Assembly: GCA_965277105.1 (NCBI GenBank)
Contig: OZ255710.1
Coordinates: forward strand, 875,236 to 939,235
DNA: 64,000 bases
Origin: Spirochaetota bacterium
Lineage (GTDB): Bacteria > Spirochaetota > UBA12135 > COTS27 > CAXSBA01
Direction: 5' to 3'
The notes beneath the pieces are model-generated. The model was not told the origin of the DNA, made no database searches, and saw nothing but the letters and a program-made list of their open reading frames with translations. The number at the start of each line of letters is the position of its first letter. Position 1 is the first letter of the stretch. Both the position numbers and the translations under genes were made by a program. Shown here piece after piece: positions 1-9,531 of the stretch.

Positions 1-780
1 CAAATTTTCTAGATATTTAGCATTGATTTTTTGTGGGTCAATCGCCACTATAAAATCTGGATAAATTTTGTGATGCAATAAAACTTTGACAATAGTATCA
101 ACTGCAATAATAATAACTTGTTTTTGCTTTTTCTGTAAAATAGCTAAATCAAAATAAAGCGATGGACCGGCCCCTACTACTACCGCCATTTTTTCTTTTC
201 CCCAATTTGCTAGTTTTTTCAAGGGATAAGAGTAGATAATGCTCTTGGTATTTTTAGTAAGATTGCGGAACCACATATTTTCAAACTTGGTAATAGTAAA
301 GCGATTAATATTTTTTTGCTGATAAAAGGCGCGAACACTTTTTTCTATTTCAGCATAAGGCTTTTCAAAAATTAGCATTTGTTTTTGGTTTTTAAAAAGC
401 ATTAACTTTCTATCTTTAAAAGAAAAAATTACTTGCTTCACTTCTTCTTCCCAGTTTTTTTGATTAATAAAAAAAATATTTTTAAAAAGGCTAAACTGAG
501 AGTAATATTTTTTTAGCCATTTATTGAATTCAATTATTATGGATTTTTCTACTTCAAGAATAACCACAGGAGAGTTTTGATACTTTTTAATAATCTCTAA
601 CCCTAGATAAAAATTTCCTAGGCCTAAGAGAATAACCAAGTTGGTTGATGAAGTGCTTGCTTCTTCTAGTACTCGCCTACTTTCTTTTTCTGGGGCAAAG
701 CGACTAGATAAAGGGATGTGCCTATTTTCTTTTTGATAAAAAACAATGGTTTTATTATTTACTTCATTAATAACTATCAT
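1..780 (-). CDS. Maf/DUF115 (MptE-like) motility-associated factor family protein, 3'-truncated by window edge
   Basis: Not in the ORF track. The ATG at 780 overlaps the PBP stop (ATGA). My translation: MIVINEVNNKTIVFYQKKNRHIPLSSRFAPEKES...AVVVGAGPSL...IIAVDT...PDFIVAIDPQ, which are DUF115 motifs. Confidence 0.75.
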   Translation of the reverse strand, partial: MIVINEVNNKTIVFYQKENRHIPLSSRFAPEKESRRVLEEASTSSTNLVILLGLGNFYLGLEIIKKYQNSPVVILEVEKSIIIEFNKWLKKYYSQFSLFKNIFFINQKNWEEEVKQVIFSFKDRKLMLFKNQKQMLIFEKPYAEIEKSVRAFYQQKNINRFTITKFENMWFRNLTKNTKSIIYSYPLKKLANWGKEKMAVVVGAGPSLYFDLAILQKKQKQVIIIAVDTIVKVLLHHKIYPDFIVAIDPQKINAKYLENL

Positions 781-2705
781 CGAAAGTAAATAGTAATTTC
801 AGCGTTATTGGTCACTGAAGAATTAGCTCTTGGAATTTGCTTATAGGCATAACCAATCCCTTCGGTATTAATAGAAATATCTTTTCCACTAGCTTTTTTC
901 AAGTTGCCAAATAAAACCAAACTATTCCTTAAAGATAAATTAGAAAAATTGGGAACTAGGTCGCCAAAGAGCTCAACGACATTCTCATTGTAAATATTTT
1001 GTTGAATAAGTTGCTGATCATATTTTTGAATAACTCGTTCATTAGGTAAGCGGTAATGAAAAATAAGCTTCTCTACCACCTGAGCGTAGAGTGGCGCAGC
1101 TACTTTTCCACCATAATATTCTTTTTTAGGAGTATTAATAACAATTAATATAGAATATTTAGGAGAACTAACCGGGTATCCTCCAGCAAAAGTAGAGTGA
1201 TAACGATCCGTATAATATCCTCCAGAAGTGTAATTCACAAGCTGACTAGTCCCAGTTTTGCCAAATACTTCCTCAAGACCAGTATTCCTAGCCCCACTTC
1301 CCGTGCTTCCTTTTAACGTACCCAATACCAATAAATCTACCAACTTGCTAGTGGTTTCTTCTTTTAAGATTTTCGCTAAAACTTTCGGTTCTGCTAAAAT
1401 ATCGTTTTGCTGATAGCCTTGCTCCAGTTGAACTCCTTTAATTATTTGAGGCTGCATCATATTCCCATTACCAATAAAAGCAGAAAAAATGGCCGATAAC
1501 TGCAGGGGTGACACAGCAATCCCATGGCCTATCGGGATAGTTGCTCTAGTTCTTAGTCCCCACTCTTCTAAAGGAGGCACCTGGCTTTTTACTTCTGACG
1601 GAAGATCAACACCGAGTTTTTCTCCAATAAATAATTTTTTTAAAAAGGCGTACATTTCTTCATTGCTAATAACTTCCGTGGCTTGGATAATTCCAGCATT
1701 ACAAGAAAATTTAATAATATCTTCTAAAGAAACATCCCCATGATGAGCGTTGCATTTAATGATTTCACCATTTTTTAATTCGTAATACCCTTTACAGTGG
1801 TATTTTTTTTCCGTGGGATCAACGTTATGTTTTTCCATTAGGTAAGCACTAAAAATGGCTTTAAAAATTGATCCGGGATCAATAATGGTCGAAACACTCA
1901 AATCTCTAAATAAGCGCTTATCCGTGCTATTAAATTGATTTAAATCAAAGGTAGGATAATTCGCAATTCCCACTACTTTTCCAGTATAAATTTCCTGCAC
2001 AATAATTGTTCCAGCTTTAGCTCCGTTTTGGATAACTGCTTTTTGTAAAATTAGCTCTAACTCTCTTTGAAAATCTTTATTAATATTAATGGCTATTTTT
2101 TTGCTTTTAATCTCATCGGGATTGTATTCCAAGACATCATTATATTCTAACTCTAAACCACTAAGCCCTTCTCCATCATACCCCACAAACCCTAAAGTCT
2201 GAGCTAAAAGATTTTTGTAAGGATAGCGACGATATTCTACTTTATCAATGAGAAGTAAATTGTTTTGATTAATTTTCAAAACTTCCTGCACATAATTTTT
2301 AGAAGCAAATCTTTTTAAAAGAACAACTTTTCTATCAGCAATAAACTCTTCTAATTTTTCTCGTTTTAAATTAAAAGTATCTATAAGATTAACTATATCT
2401 AATTCTTGAATGTTACTTTTTTTGCCATTAAAATAAACATTGTACCTGGTTTCAGAAAAAGCTAGCACGTTGTTTTGACTATCAACAATCTGCCCCCTGG
2501 CTAAATGATTATCAGCATTTTTTTTAACATTAAAAGAATTAACTTTAAAATAAATTATCCTTACACCAACAGCTAAAAGCAAAAAAGTAAAACAAAAGTA
2601 AATAAAAATAACTCTAAAATTATAAGAACTCTTTCGAACATCTTTTTGATGCTGAATAAACTTATTTTTTAAAAAAGCAATGAAATAACGAAAAAAATTA
2701 TTCAA
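777..2705 (-). CDS. ftsI: Class B penicillin-binding protein (FtsI/PBP2 family), C-terminal PASTA-like region
   Basis: N-terminal TM, RGQIVD, RRYP, GLSGLE, transpeptidase motifs PGSIFK, SCN, KTGT. Confidence 0.8.
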   Translation of the reverse strand: MNNFFRYFIAFLKNKFIQHQKDVRKSSYNFRVIFIYFCFTFLLLAVGVRIIYFKVNSFNVKKNADNHLARGQIVDSQNNVLAFSETRYNVYFNGKKSNIQELDIVNLIDTFNLKREKLEEFIADRKVVLLKRFASKNYVQEVLKINQNNLLLIDKVEYRRYPYKNLLAQTLGFVGYDGEGLSGLELEYNDVLEYNPDEIKSKKIAININKDFQRELELILQKAVIQNGAKAGTIIVQEIYTGKVVGIANYPTFDLNQFNSTDKRLFRDLSVSTIIDPGSIFKAIFSAYLMEKHNVDPTEKKYHCKGYYELKNGEIIKCNAHHGDVSLEDIIKFSCNAGIIQATEVISNEEMYAFLKKLFIGEKLGVDLPSEVKSQVPPLEEWGLRTRATIPIGHGIAVSPLQLSAIFSAFIGNGNMMQPQIIKGVQLEQGYQQNDILAEPKVLAKILKEETTSKLVDLLVLGTLKGSTGSGARNTGLEEVFGKTGTSQLVNYTSGGYYTDRYHSTFAGGYPVSSPKYSILIVINTPKKEYYGGKVAAPLYAQVVEKLIFHYRLPNERVIQKYDQQLIQQNIYNENVVELFGDLVPNFSNLSLRNSLVLFGNLKKASGKDISINTEGIGYAYKQIPRANSSVTNNAEITIYFR

Positions 2706-3987
2706 GGTTATTTTGGGTAGTACTTTCTAAAACATTAAACCAGAGAGTTCCTAAAGGATTCATAGACTTAGTTTGCCCGCTAAGTGCTTCAAAAGGAACA
2801 TGGGTCATTAGCTCATGCCAATTACCAATTAACAAAGACGTTTTACCGGCCATAGCCGCATGGACGGCATTTTGGGCCATACGATTACAAAAAACTCGGT
2901 CGAAACTATTTGGCGGAGCCGAGCGAACAATATAACTAGGGTCAATGTACTTCAAAGAAAGCTTCACATTAATATCGGTAAAATGTTGGTTAATTCTTTT
3001 TTTCAAATAGGTGCCTATGTCTGGTAAAATGGCGTTGCCGGAGGGGTCGAATCTCTTTTGTTTTTCTTTAATGTGATGCAGTCCCGAACCTTCTGCCACC
3101 ACAATAACCGCATGTTTTTTAATCTTAAAGCGGTTTAATAAAGAGGCAAATAATCCCTTAGCCCCTTCTAATTTAAAAGGGATTTCGGGGATTAAGCAAT
3201 AATTTACCACCCCCGTGGATAAAGCAGAAGTGGCTGCGATAAAGCCGGTATTTCTTCCCATTACTTTTACTAATCCAATGCCATTATAATGCCCCCTGGC
3301 TTCTTCATGGGCAGCTAAAATGGCATCACCTGCTTTTTCAACTGCCGTTTCAAAACCAAATGATTTCATGACAAAGGGAATGTCATTATCAATAGTCTTG
3401 GGAATCCCCACAACGCTAATTTTAAGACTCCTTTTTTCGATTTCTTTAACAATCTCAAAAGCCCCACGCATAGTTCCATCGCCCCCCACAGCAAATAGTA
3501 TGTTAATGTTATTTCTAATTAAATTATCAACCATTTCACTAGCGGTAGGAGCTCCTCTAGAAGAACCTAAAAAAGTTCCTCCTACTTGGTGAATGTCTTC
3601 TACTAAATCGGGATTTAGCACAACAAACTCTTCTCCATTATCCCCTAGCCCTTGATAACCAAATTTAATCCCTACAATATTTTTCACTTTATAGCGATTC
3701 CATAGTTGCCTTACTAATCCTCGAATAACCGCATTAAGCCCCGGGCATAATCCTCCACAAGTAACAATTCCTACCTTAGTATTTTTAGGGTTAAAATAAA
3801 TCTTTTTTCTAGGGCCGGACTTTTCAAAAGCTCCCTCAAAAACAGCTGGAGTTTCGGCATTTTTAGTATTAAAACGAATATCTCTAATGACTTTATCGCT
3901 ATCATCAACAAAAATTTGTTTTTCGGTAAGAGGACTTTTAAAAGTGGGAGTTCCTAGGGATTTTATAAGCAGGGAATTATTATCCAT
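2698..3987 (-). CDS. pfkA: ATP-dependent 6-phosphofructokinase (clade X type)
   Basis: GIVTCGGLCPGLN, GGDGT (Gly indicates ATP type), IPKTIDND, MGR, YIDPSYIVRS. Confidence 0.9.
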   Translation of the reverse strand: MDNNSLLIKSLGTPTFKSPLTEKQIFVDDSDKVIRDIRFNTKNAETPAVFEGAFEKSGPRKKIYFNPKNTKVGIVTCGGLCPGLNAVIRGLVRQLWNRYKVKNIVGIKFGYQGLGDNGEEFVVLNPDLVEDIHQVGGTFLGSSRGAPTASEMVDNLIRNNINILFAVGGDGTMRGAFEIVKEIEKRSLKISVVGIPKTIDNDIPFVMKSFGFETAVEKAGDAILAAHEEARGHYNGIGLVKVMGRNTGFIAATSALSTGVVNYCLIPEIPFKLEGAKGLFASLLNRFKIKKHAVIVVAEGSGLHHIKEKQKRFDPSGNAILPDIGTYLKKRINQHFTDINVKLSLKYIDPSYIVRSAPPNSFDRVFCNRMAQNAVHAAMAGKTSLLIGNWHELMTHVPFEALSGQTKSMNPLGTLWFNVLESTTQNNLE

Positions 3988-4061
3988 AGAAATATTATAC
4001 TATTTTTTTTTACCTTTACCCTTAGTAATCTTTTTTTTTAATAAAAGATTTAAGAAAAAAC

Positions 4062-5039
4062 TTATTTAGGATTGTTTTGGATAAAATGAAGGATTTCTTT
4101 TTCCGAAGGCATGGCCTCTGAACAAGTTTTTTTACTAACCACGATAGCTGCACTAGCACTAGCAAAATTACCAGCAAAAGTTAAATCTCTTTTTTTTTTC
4201 CAAGCGTAACAAAAGCCCGCTAGAAAAGCATCTCCCGCCCCAAAAGGCTTTTTGCTTTTTACATTAAAAGGTTTAATAAAAACTTCTTTTTTATCTTTCG
4301 TATAAATTTTCGTTCCCAATGGCCCATTTTTTAAAATAATAATTTTAGCTTTATTAGTCAGCCATTTATCGAATAATTTTTTTTTTGCTTTTTGCCAAGT
4401 TATATTCTTGATTAAAAACTTAAACTCTTCTGTGTTGCCAATGATTATGTCACTCTGCCTAGCTACCTTGTCATAATACAAGGTCGTTTCTTTTTTATTT
4501 TTCCAATGATATGCTCGATAATCTAAATCAAAAATAACATTCACATCATTTTTTTGAGCAAAATCTGCTACCTTTATAGTAGTGGTTCTAGAAGGATCTC
4601 GAGCCAAATTAGTTCCACTAATAATTAAAGATTCACTTTTTTTTAAACTATCGTAATCAATTTCATTTGCTCTTAAATTTAAATCGCAAGGATTTTCGCG
4701 GTAAAAAACCACTGAGCCATTTTTAGGCTTTATCTCCGTAAGGGCCAAACTAGTTTTAAGTTTTTTATCTCTAACAATAAAATCCGTATTCACTTTTTTT
4801 TTCTTTAAATAACTGACGATAAAATCACCAATGCCATCCTCAGACACTTTGGTAATAATAGCTACTTTTGACTTTAAAGCCGCTAACCCTACCGCTACGT
4901 TGGCGGGGGTTCCTCCTACTCCAGCTAAAAAGTTATTTACCTTAGGTAAAGAAACATTTTCCTCATGGGCGTATAAGTCAAAACCCGCCCTTCCTAAGGT
5001 AATGAAATCAAACTTTGCTTTTTTTCTAGAATGTAACAA
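4062..5039 (-). CDS. iolC: 5-dehydro-2-deoxygluconokinase (single-domain IolC, PfkB family)
   Basis: GRAGFDLY, GGTPANVA, DLDYR, KPFGAGDAF, CSEAMP; adjacent to iolE. Confidence 0.85.
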   Translation of the reverse strand: MLHSRKKAKFDFITLGRAGFDLYAHEENVSLPKVNNFLAGVGGTPANVAVGLAALKSKVAIITKVSEDGIGDFIVSYLKKKKVNTDFIVRDKKLKTSLALTEIKPKNGSVVFYRENPCDLNLRANEIDYDSLKKSESLIISGTNLARDPSRTTTIKVADFAQKNDVNVIFDLDYRAYHWKNKKETTLYYDKVARQSDIIIGNTEEFKFLIKNITWQKAKKKLFDKWLTNKAKIIILKNGPLGTKIYTKDKKEVFIKPFNVKSKKPFGAGDAFLAGFCYAWKKKRDLTFAGNFASASAAIVVSKKTCSEAMPSEKEILHFIQNNPK

Positions 5040-5048
5040 AATGATTAA

Positions 5049-5942
5049 TTAATCATTAGCTAGTAAACCAGCAATATAATCATACGCCATCTTCGCATAT
5101 TTTAAAGGAGGCGCTTTAGCTGGGTCTTGCTCAGCTTCAACTACCATCCACCCTTCGTAACTACCCTTAAAAACATCGATAATTTTTTTAAAATCAATCA
5201 CCCCATCAGGGTCGCCTGGCACGGTAAAAACCCCCGAGAAAACCGCATCCAAAAAACTAGTATTTTCTTTCTTAACTTTTTCTAAAATAGGACGACGAAC
5301 GTCTTTTAAATGAATATGCTTAATATAGTTTTGATATTTTTTGGCTAGCCGCAAAGGATCATCTCCCGAAAAATAAAAATGGCCAGAGTCGTAGTTTAAA
5401 AAAACATAACGACTATCCACCTCGTTTAATAAGCGATCTACTTCTATTTCAGTTTGCACAGCTGTTCCCATATGATGATGATAGCAAAGAAAAAGCCCTT
5501 TATCTAAAGCTATTTTTCCTAACTCATTAAGCCCACTAGCAACTTTTTTCCACTGCTCTAAACTAAACTCCCCTTTTCCGGAGAAAACCCCTACTTTTCG
5601 ATTTCCCTGGCAGCTGTTCCCTTGCTCAGCACCGCCCACAACCTTTACTCCTAAGGCAGCTAAAAAATCTAGATGAACCAAAAAGTCTTTTTTCACTGTA
5701 GCAAAATCTTGAGTGGTAAAAAAGTAGCTAAACCATTGATTACAAATCACTAAATTTCTTAAAGCTAAGCTTTCTTTTAATGCATTGACGTCACGGGGGA
5801 ATTTATTGCCAATCTCGCAGCCCGCATAACCAGCTAGAGCCATTTCGCTAATGCACTGCTCAAAAGTATTTTCCGCTCCCAATTCCGGCAGATCATCGTT
5901 CGTCCACGTAAGTGGAGCTATTCCTAGTTTTATTTTATTCAT
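5049..5942 (-). CDS. iolE: myo-inosose-2 dehydratase
   Basis: GIAPLTWTNDDLP, YHHHMGT, HIHLKDVR, FTVPGD, WMVVEAEQDP. Confidence 0.95.
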   Translation of the reverse strand: MNKIKLGIAPLTWTNDDLPELGAENTFEQCISEMALAGYAGCEIGNKFPRDVNALKESLALRNLVICNQWFSYFFTTQDFATVKKDFLVHLDFLAALGVKVVGGAEQGNSCQGNRKVGVFSGKGEFSLEQWKKVASGLNELGKIALDKGLFLCYHHHMGTAVQTEIEVDRLLNEVDSRYVFLNYDSGHFYFSGDDPLRLAKKYQNYIKHIHLKDVRRPILEKVKKENTSFLDAVFSGVFTVPGDPDGVIDFKKIIDVFKGSYEGWMVVEAEQDPAKAPPLKYAKMAYDYIAGLLAND

Positions 5943-5987
5943 TGTTATTTTTTTCCCTGTTTAATATTTTATTTTTTTAAATTACTG

Positions 5988-6850
5988 TTACCCTCTTAAA
6001 ACTTCATCCATGGTTTTACCATTTTAATTTTTCCATACTTTCCAACCATTAGCACTACCTCCTAAACAAAAACTTGCTGCATAACTACAACTAGTAAATT
6101 CAATATTTTTTCAAGCTCTAAATATTCACCTTTATCTATATTTTTTGAGTTTTCTATAATAATTTCCCTTAGTTTAACTAAACTTTTTTTATTAAGAGAA
6201 GATTTATGCTTTTTTACTATCGCTGAACCAGCTAGGACAACAAAATTTTTCCCATCATAAACTCCTTTAGCCGTAACGCCTTTTGATTCACAGTGCCAAA
6301 TAGTTTTTTCTTCCTCACTTTCTTCTTTATTTTTTTCTATTTTTTTCTCATATTCTTTAAAGAGATTAAAGTTAAGAAAAGAGCTTAAAAAAATAATTTC
6401 TCCAAAAAAACCGTTTATAGTTTCAATCCGATGTTCTTCTAAAGTAGGGAAATTAGGGTTTTGTTTATTTCCTTCTAAGGAGTAGTTTTGCAATTCTTTG
6501 GTTTTTCCAATGGCTAGACATTCAAGGTATTTTACCTCTGCTTTGGATAGAAAATTATCTCTAGCGGTAAAAACTAGAATTTCATTCCAAAATTCTTTCT
6601 TATGCTGAGGAATTCTTTTATTAAAATTTTCTGTCTCTCCGATGTAAACTTTTTTATCTCTATTATATTCAGATTCGCTTTCACCAAATAAAAAATAAAG
6701 CGCCGGGCTATTAAGCTCTTTTCTATCTTTAGCAAAATTCAAATCACCTCTCGTTAGATAAATGCAGTTGCAGTTTTGGTTCTCCACCCAAATTTTTTTA
6801 ATGCCATTAGGACTATTAGATAATAGGTAGCTAATAATAGTTCTTCTCAT
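5988..6850 (-). pseudogene. GIY-YIG nuclease with C-terminal DUF4357/RAMA-like domain, C-terminus disrupted (ORF track 6062..6850)
   Basis: PALYFL..VYIGETE..R..H..FW..YLE GIY-YIG core. After the A6 run at 6106-6111 another frame continues NIEFTSCSYAASFCLGGSANGWKVWKN*NGKTMDEVLRG*, with an internal TAA at 6024-6026 and the end at 5988. Confidence 0.75.
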
Positions 6851-7040
6851 TTAAAAACTAGTGTTTCTAAAAACCAAGCTACTTTTCTCGCTTCACTTCT
6901 CTAGTCTTTTCACTTTTTGATAGCACCCTTTTTCTCTAAACCCAAAACTTCACAATTTAGAGAAATCACCAAACCAAGTTTTTTAGCTTATAAGCCGTTT
7001 ATAAAAAAACTAATATCGTCGTCTTTTTTACAATGAGATT

Positions 7041-7541
7041 TTATTTTTTTTGCTCTTCTTGAATAATACTATAGTAGCGCATAGCCCTTTCTTCGGAAAA
7101 ATAATCAATTACTAAACCCCCCAAGCCAAATATCGTTAATCCAATTGCAATACCATGAAAAAGGCTACTTTTAGTGAACCAAAAAGCAAGCAAAGTAACA
7201 ATAAAACAAATAGTGGCTATTGCCTTAGTAGTGGGATACATATACATAAACCCTTCCACCCTTTCTTTTTCTTTGATAACAAATTCTCGTGGATTCTCTT
7301 GAAAACTCTTACTGTATTCCACTAGTCGCTTTTGATTAGAAATATACATCCAGACCCCAGAACCTATAAAGATAGCGCCAACAACGACTAAAGGTAATAT
7401 AACACTTTTGGCATTTGAGGTTGTCCCAAACAACCAAAAAGCTATCCCCGCTATAAAAAGGGTTAGTCCAAATATAGCAATAATAATTGCCTCAAATATT
7501 TCGCCTTTTACCCAGTTATTAGTAAAATTAATAAAATCCAT
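7041..7541 (-). CDS. Hypothetical 4-TM membrane protein
   Basis: 166 aa, four hydrophobic segments, RBS AAAGGAG at 7551-7557. Confidence 0.75.
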   Translation of the reverse strand: MDFINFTNNWVKGEIFEAIIIAIFGLTLFIAGIAFWLFGTTSNAKSVILPLVVVGAIFIGSGVWMYISNQKRLVEYSKSFQENPREFVIKEKERVEGFMYMYPTTKAIATICFIVTLLAFWFTKSSLFHGIAIGLTIFGLGGLVIDYFSEERAMRYYSIIQEEQKK

Positions 7542-7597
7542 AATTCATCACTCCTTTATTATAAAAATAACTTAGTTAGTTTCGTTTACTTAGCAAA

Positions 7598-7626
7598 ATG
7601 GTAATATAAAAAATAAAATATGTCAA
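7598..7626 (-). promoter_or_regulatory. sigma70-type promoter inside the iol operon
   Basis: TTGACA (7626-7621), 17-nt spacer, TACCAT (7603-7598), upstream of the ORF at 7541. Confidence 0.65.
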
Positions 7627-7647
7627 GTTAAAATATTAACTAATAAA

Positions 7648-9519
7648 TTAATAATCTCTAAGAGATTTAATCTTATCTTTTAAATCTTCACTCATTTGTT
7701 TAGTTTTTTCATTTTTCGATACCTCAGGTGTGCCAACTCGCCACCAACTTTCATACCCACCCGTCATGGTTTTTCTCCCTACTTTAATATCCAAAAGCGT
7801 AGAAACTTTACTCGCTAAAACTCGGGGAATAGCTAATTTAAGTTCGTCTAAATTAGTAACCGTATATGCTTCACAACCATAAGAAGCAGCATTTTTAGCA
7901 AAGTCTACTGGAATATATTTCCCATTTAATCTTTTAGAATTACTATCTCGGTAACGGAATTCACACCCAAAAGAAGGAATCCCTTGACCTGTTTGTAAAT
8001 TATCAATACAATGAAAACCATTATTATCAAAGAGGATAATATTAATTTTTATTCCTTCTTGGATGCTAGTAAAAAGTTCACTGTGGAGCATAATGTATCC
8101 TCCATCACCCACAAAGGAAAAAACTTCTCTACTTGGATTAGCCATTTTTACTCCCAACGCCCCAGAAACCTCGTAGCCCATACAAGAATAACCATATTCC
8201 ATATTATACGTGTCTTTTTCTTGGCATTCCCATAGCCTTTCCAAATCTCCCGGTAAACTACCCGAAGCCGCCACAATCACCGCATCTTTAGGTAATAATT
8301 CTTTATTTAAAACTTCAATAACTTTAGTCTGCGCTAGACGAGATTCTTCATCTTTTTCTCTAGAGTAAAGGCGGACTAATTCTTCATTCCATTCTGCTTT
8401 AAAGTGAGAAGTTGTTGTAGAAAAATTTGTCTGGTAATTTTCTTCTACTAACTTTTTTTTCAACTGCTTTAAGCTAACTTTCACATCACCAATTAAAGGC
8501 AAACTATTCATTTTATAGGCATCAAATGGATTTAAATTAATCGAGACAAAATGACAATCTTGATTTTCATAAAGAGATTTTGAAGCAGTAATAAAATCAT
8601 TCATTCTCGTTCCAAGAGCAATAATCAAATCACTTTCTTTAGTAGCTTTATTAGCGCACAAAGTTCCAGTAACGCCCACTCCACCTAAATTAAGCGGGTG
8701 AGCGGAAGGGATAATTCCTTTCCCGGCCTGGGTTTCGACAAAAGGGATTTTAAAAGCATCAATAAACTGGATAAACTCTTCTTCAGCAAAAGAATAGCGA
8801 ACTCCCCCACCAACAATAAAAAGAGGCTTTTGTTTTTTTCTAACAAGCTGAACCAATTTAGTTAAAGAACTTTCCGATAATGGCGTTCGTCTAATTTCAT
8901 GAACTCGCTTTTCAAAAAAATACTCAGGGTAATCATAACTCTCTCCTTGAACGTCTTGACAAAGGGAAAGACAAACTGCCCCTGTTTCGGCAGGATCAAC
9001 CAAAACTCGAATTGCATTAATAGCTGCCGTCATTATTTGCTCTGGACGAGTAATCCTATCCCAGTACTTGACAACTGGCTTAAACGAGTCATTAACGCTT
9101 AAACTTAAATCATGGCTTTGTTCTAACTGCTGCAAAACAGGATCGGGCTGCCTAGAAGCAAAAACATCACCTGCTAAAAAAAGCACTGGTATTCGATTAA
9201 TAGTTGCGGTAGCTGCTGCCGTTATCATATTGGTTGCCCCTGGACCAATGGACGATAAAGAGCCCATTATTTTCAATCTTCGATTTTGTTTAGCAAAACC
9301 AATAGCAACGTGCCCCATACCTTGTTCACTATGCCCCTGGTAAAAATTCAGACTATGACCTTTAGCCTCTAAGGCTTCTCCCATTCCCACAACACAGCCG
9401 TGACCAAAAATACCAAAAACCCCTTCCACAAATTTAGTTTCTTTGCCGTCTAAAGAAACGTATTGATTATCTAAAAAACGGACTAAGGCTTGCGCCATGG
9501 TTAATCTAATTCTCTTCAT
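7648..9519 (-). CDS. iolD: 3D-(3,5/4)-trihydroxycyclohexane-1,2-dione acylhydrolase (TPP-dependent)
   Basis: RLTMAQALVRFL, IFGHG, SIGPGATNM, PDPVLQQLE, EYGYSCMGYE, GDG TPP motif. Confidence 0.95.
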   Translation of the reverse strand: MKRIRLTMAQALVRFLDNQYVSLDGKETKFVEGVFGIFGHGCVVGMGEALEAKGHSLNFYQGHSEQGMGHVAIGFAKQNRRLKIMGSLSSIGPGATNMITAAATATINRIPVLFLAGDVFASRQPDPVLQQLEQSHDLSLSVNDSFKPVVKYWDRITRPEQIMTAAINAIRVLVDPAETGAVCLSLCQDVQGESYDYPEYFFEKRVHEIRRTPLSESSLTKLVQLVRKKQKPLFIVGGGVRYSFAEEEFIQFIDAFKIPFVETQAGKGIIPSAHPLNLGGVGVTGTLCANKATKESDLIIALGTRMNDFITASKSLYENQDCHFVSINLNPFDAYKMNSLPLIGDVKVSLKQLKKKLVEENYQTNFSTTTSHFKAEWNEELVRLYSREKDEESRLAQTKVIEVLNKELLPKDAVIVAASGSLPGDLERLWECQEKDTYNMEYGYSCMGYEVSGALGVKMANPSREVFSFVGDGGYIMLHSELFTSIQEGIKINIILFDNNGFHCIDNLQTGQGIPSFGCEFRYRDSNSKRLNGKYIPVDFAKNAASYGCEAYTVTNLDELKLAIPRVLASKVSTLLDIKVGRKTMTGGYESWWRVGTPEVSKNEKTKQMSEDLKDKIKSLRDY

Positions 9520-9531
9520 AAAATAATCCTT

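Noticed and set aside
6851-7040. Hairpins between the inserted genes as integron attC sites
   Set aside because: No RYYYAAC/GTTRRRY core pair flanking the stems and no integrase in the window.
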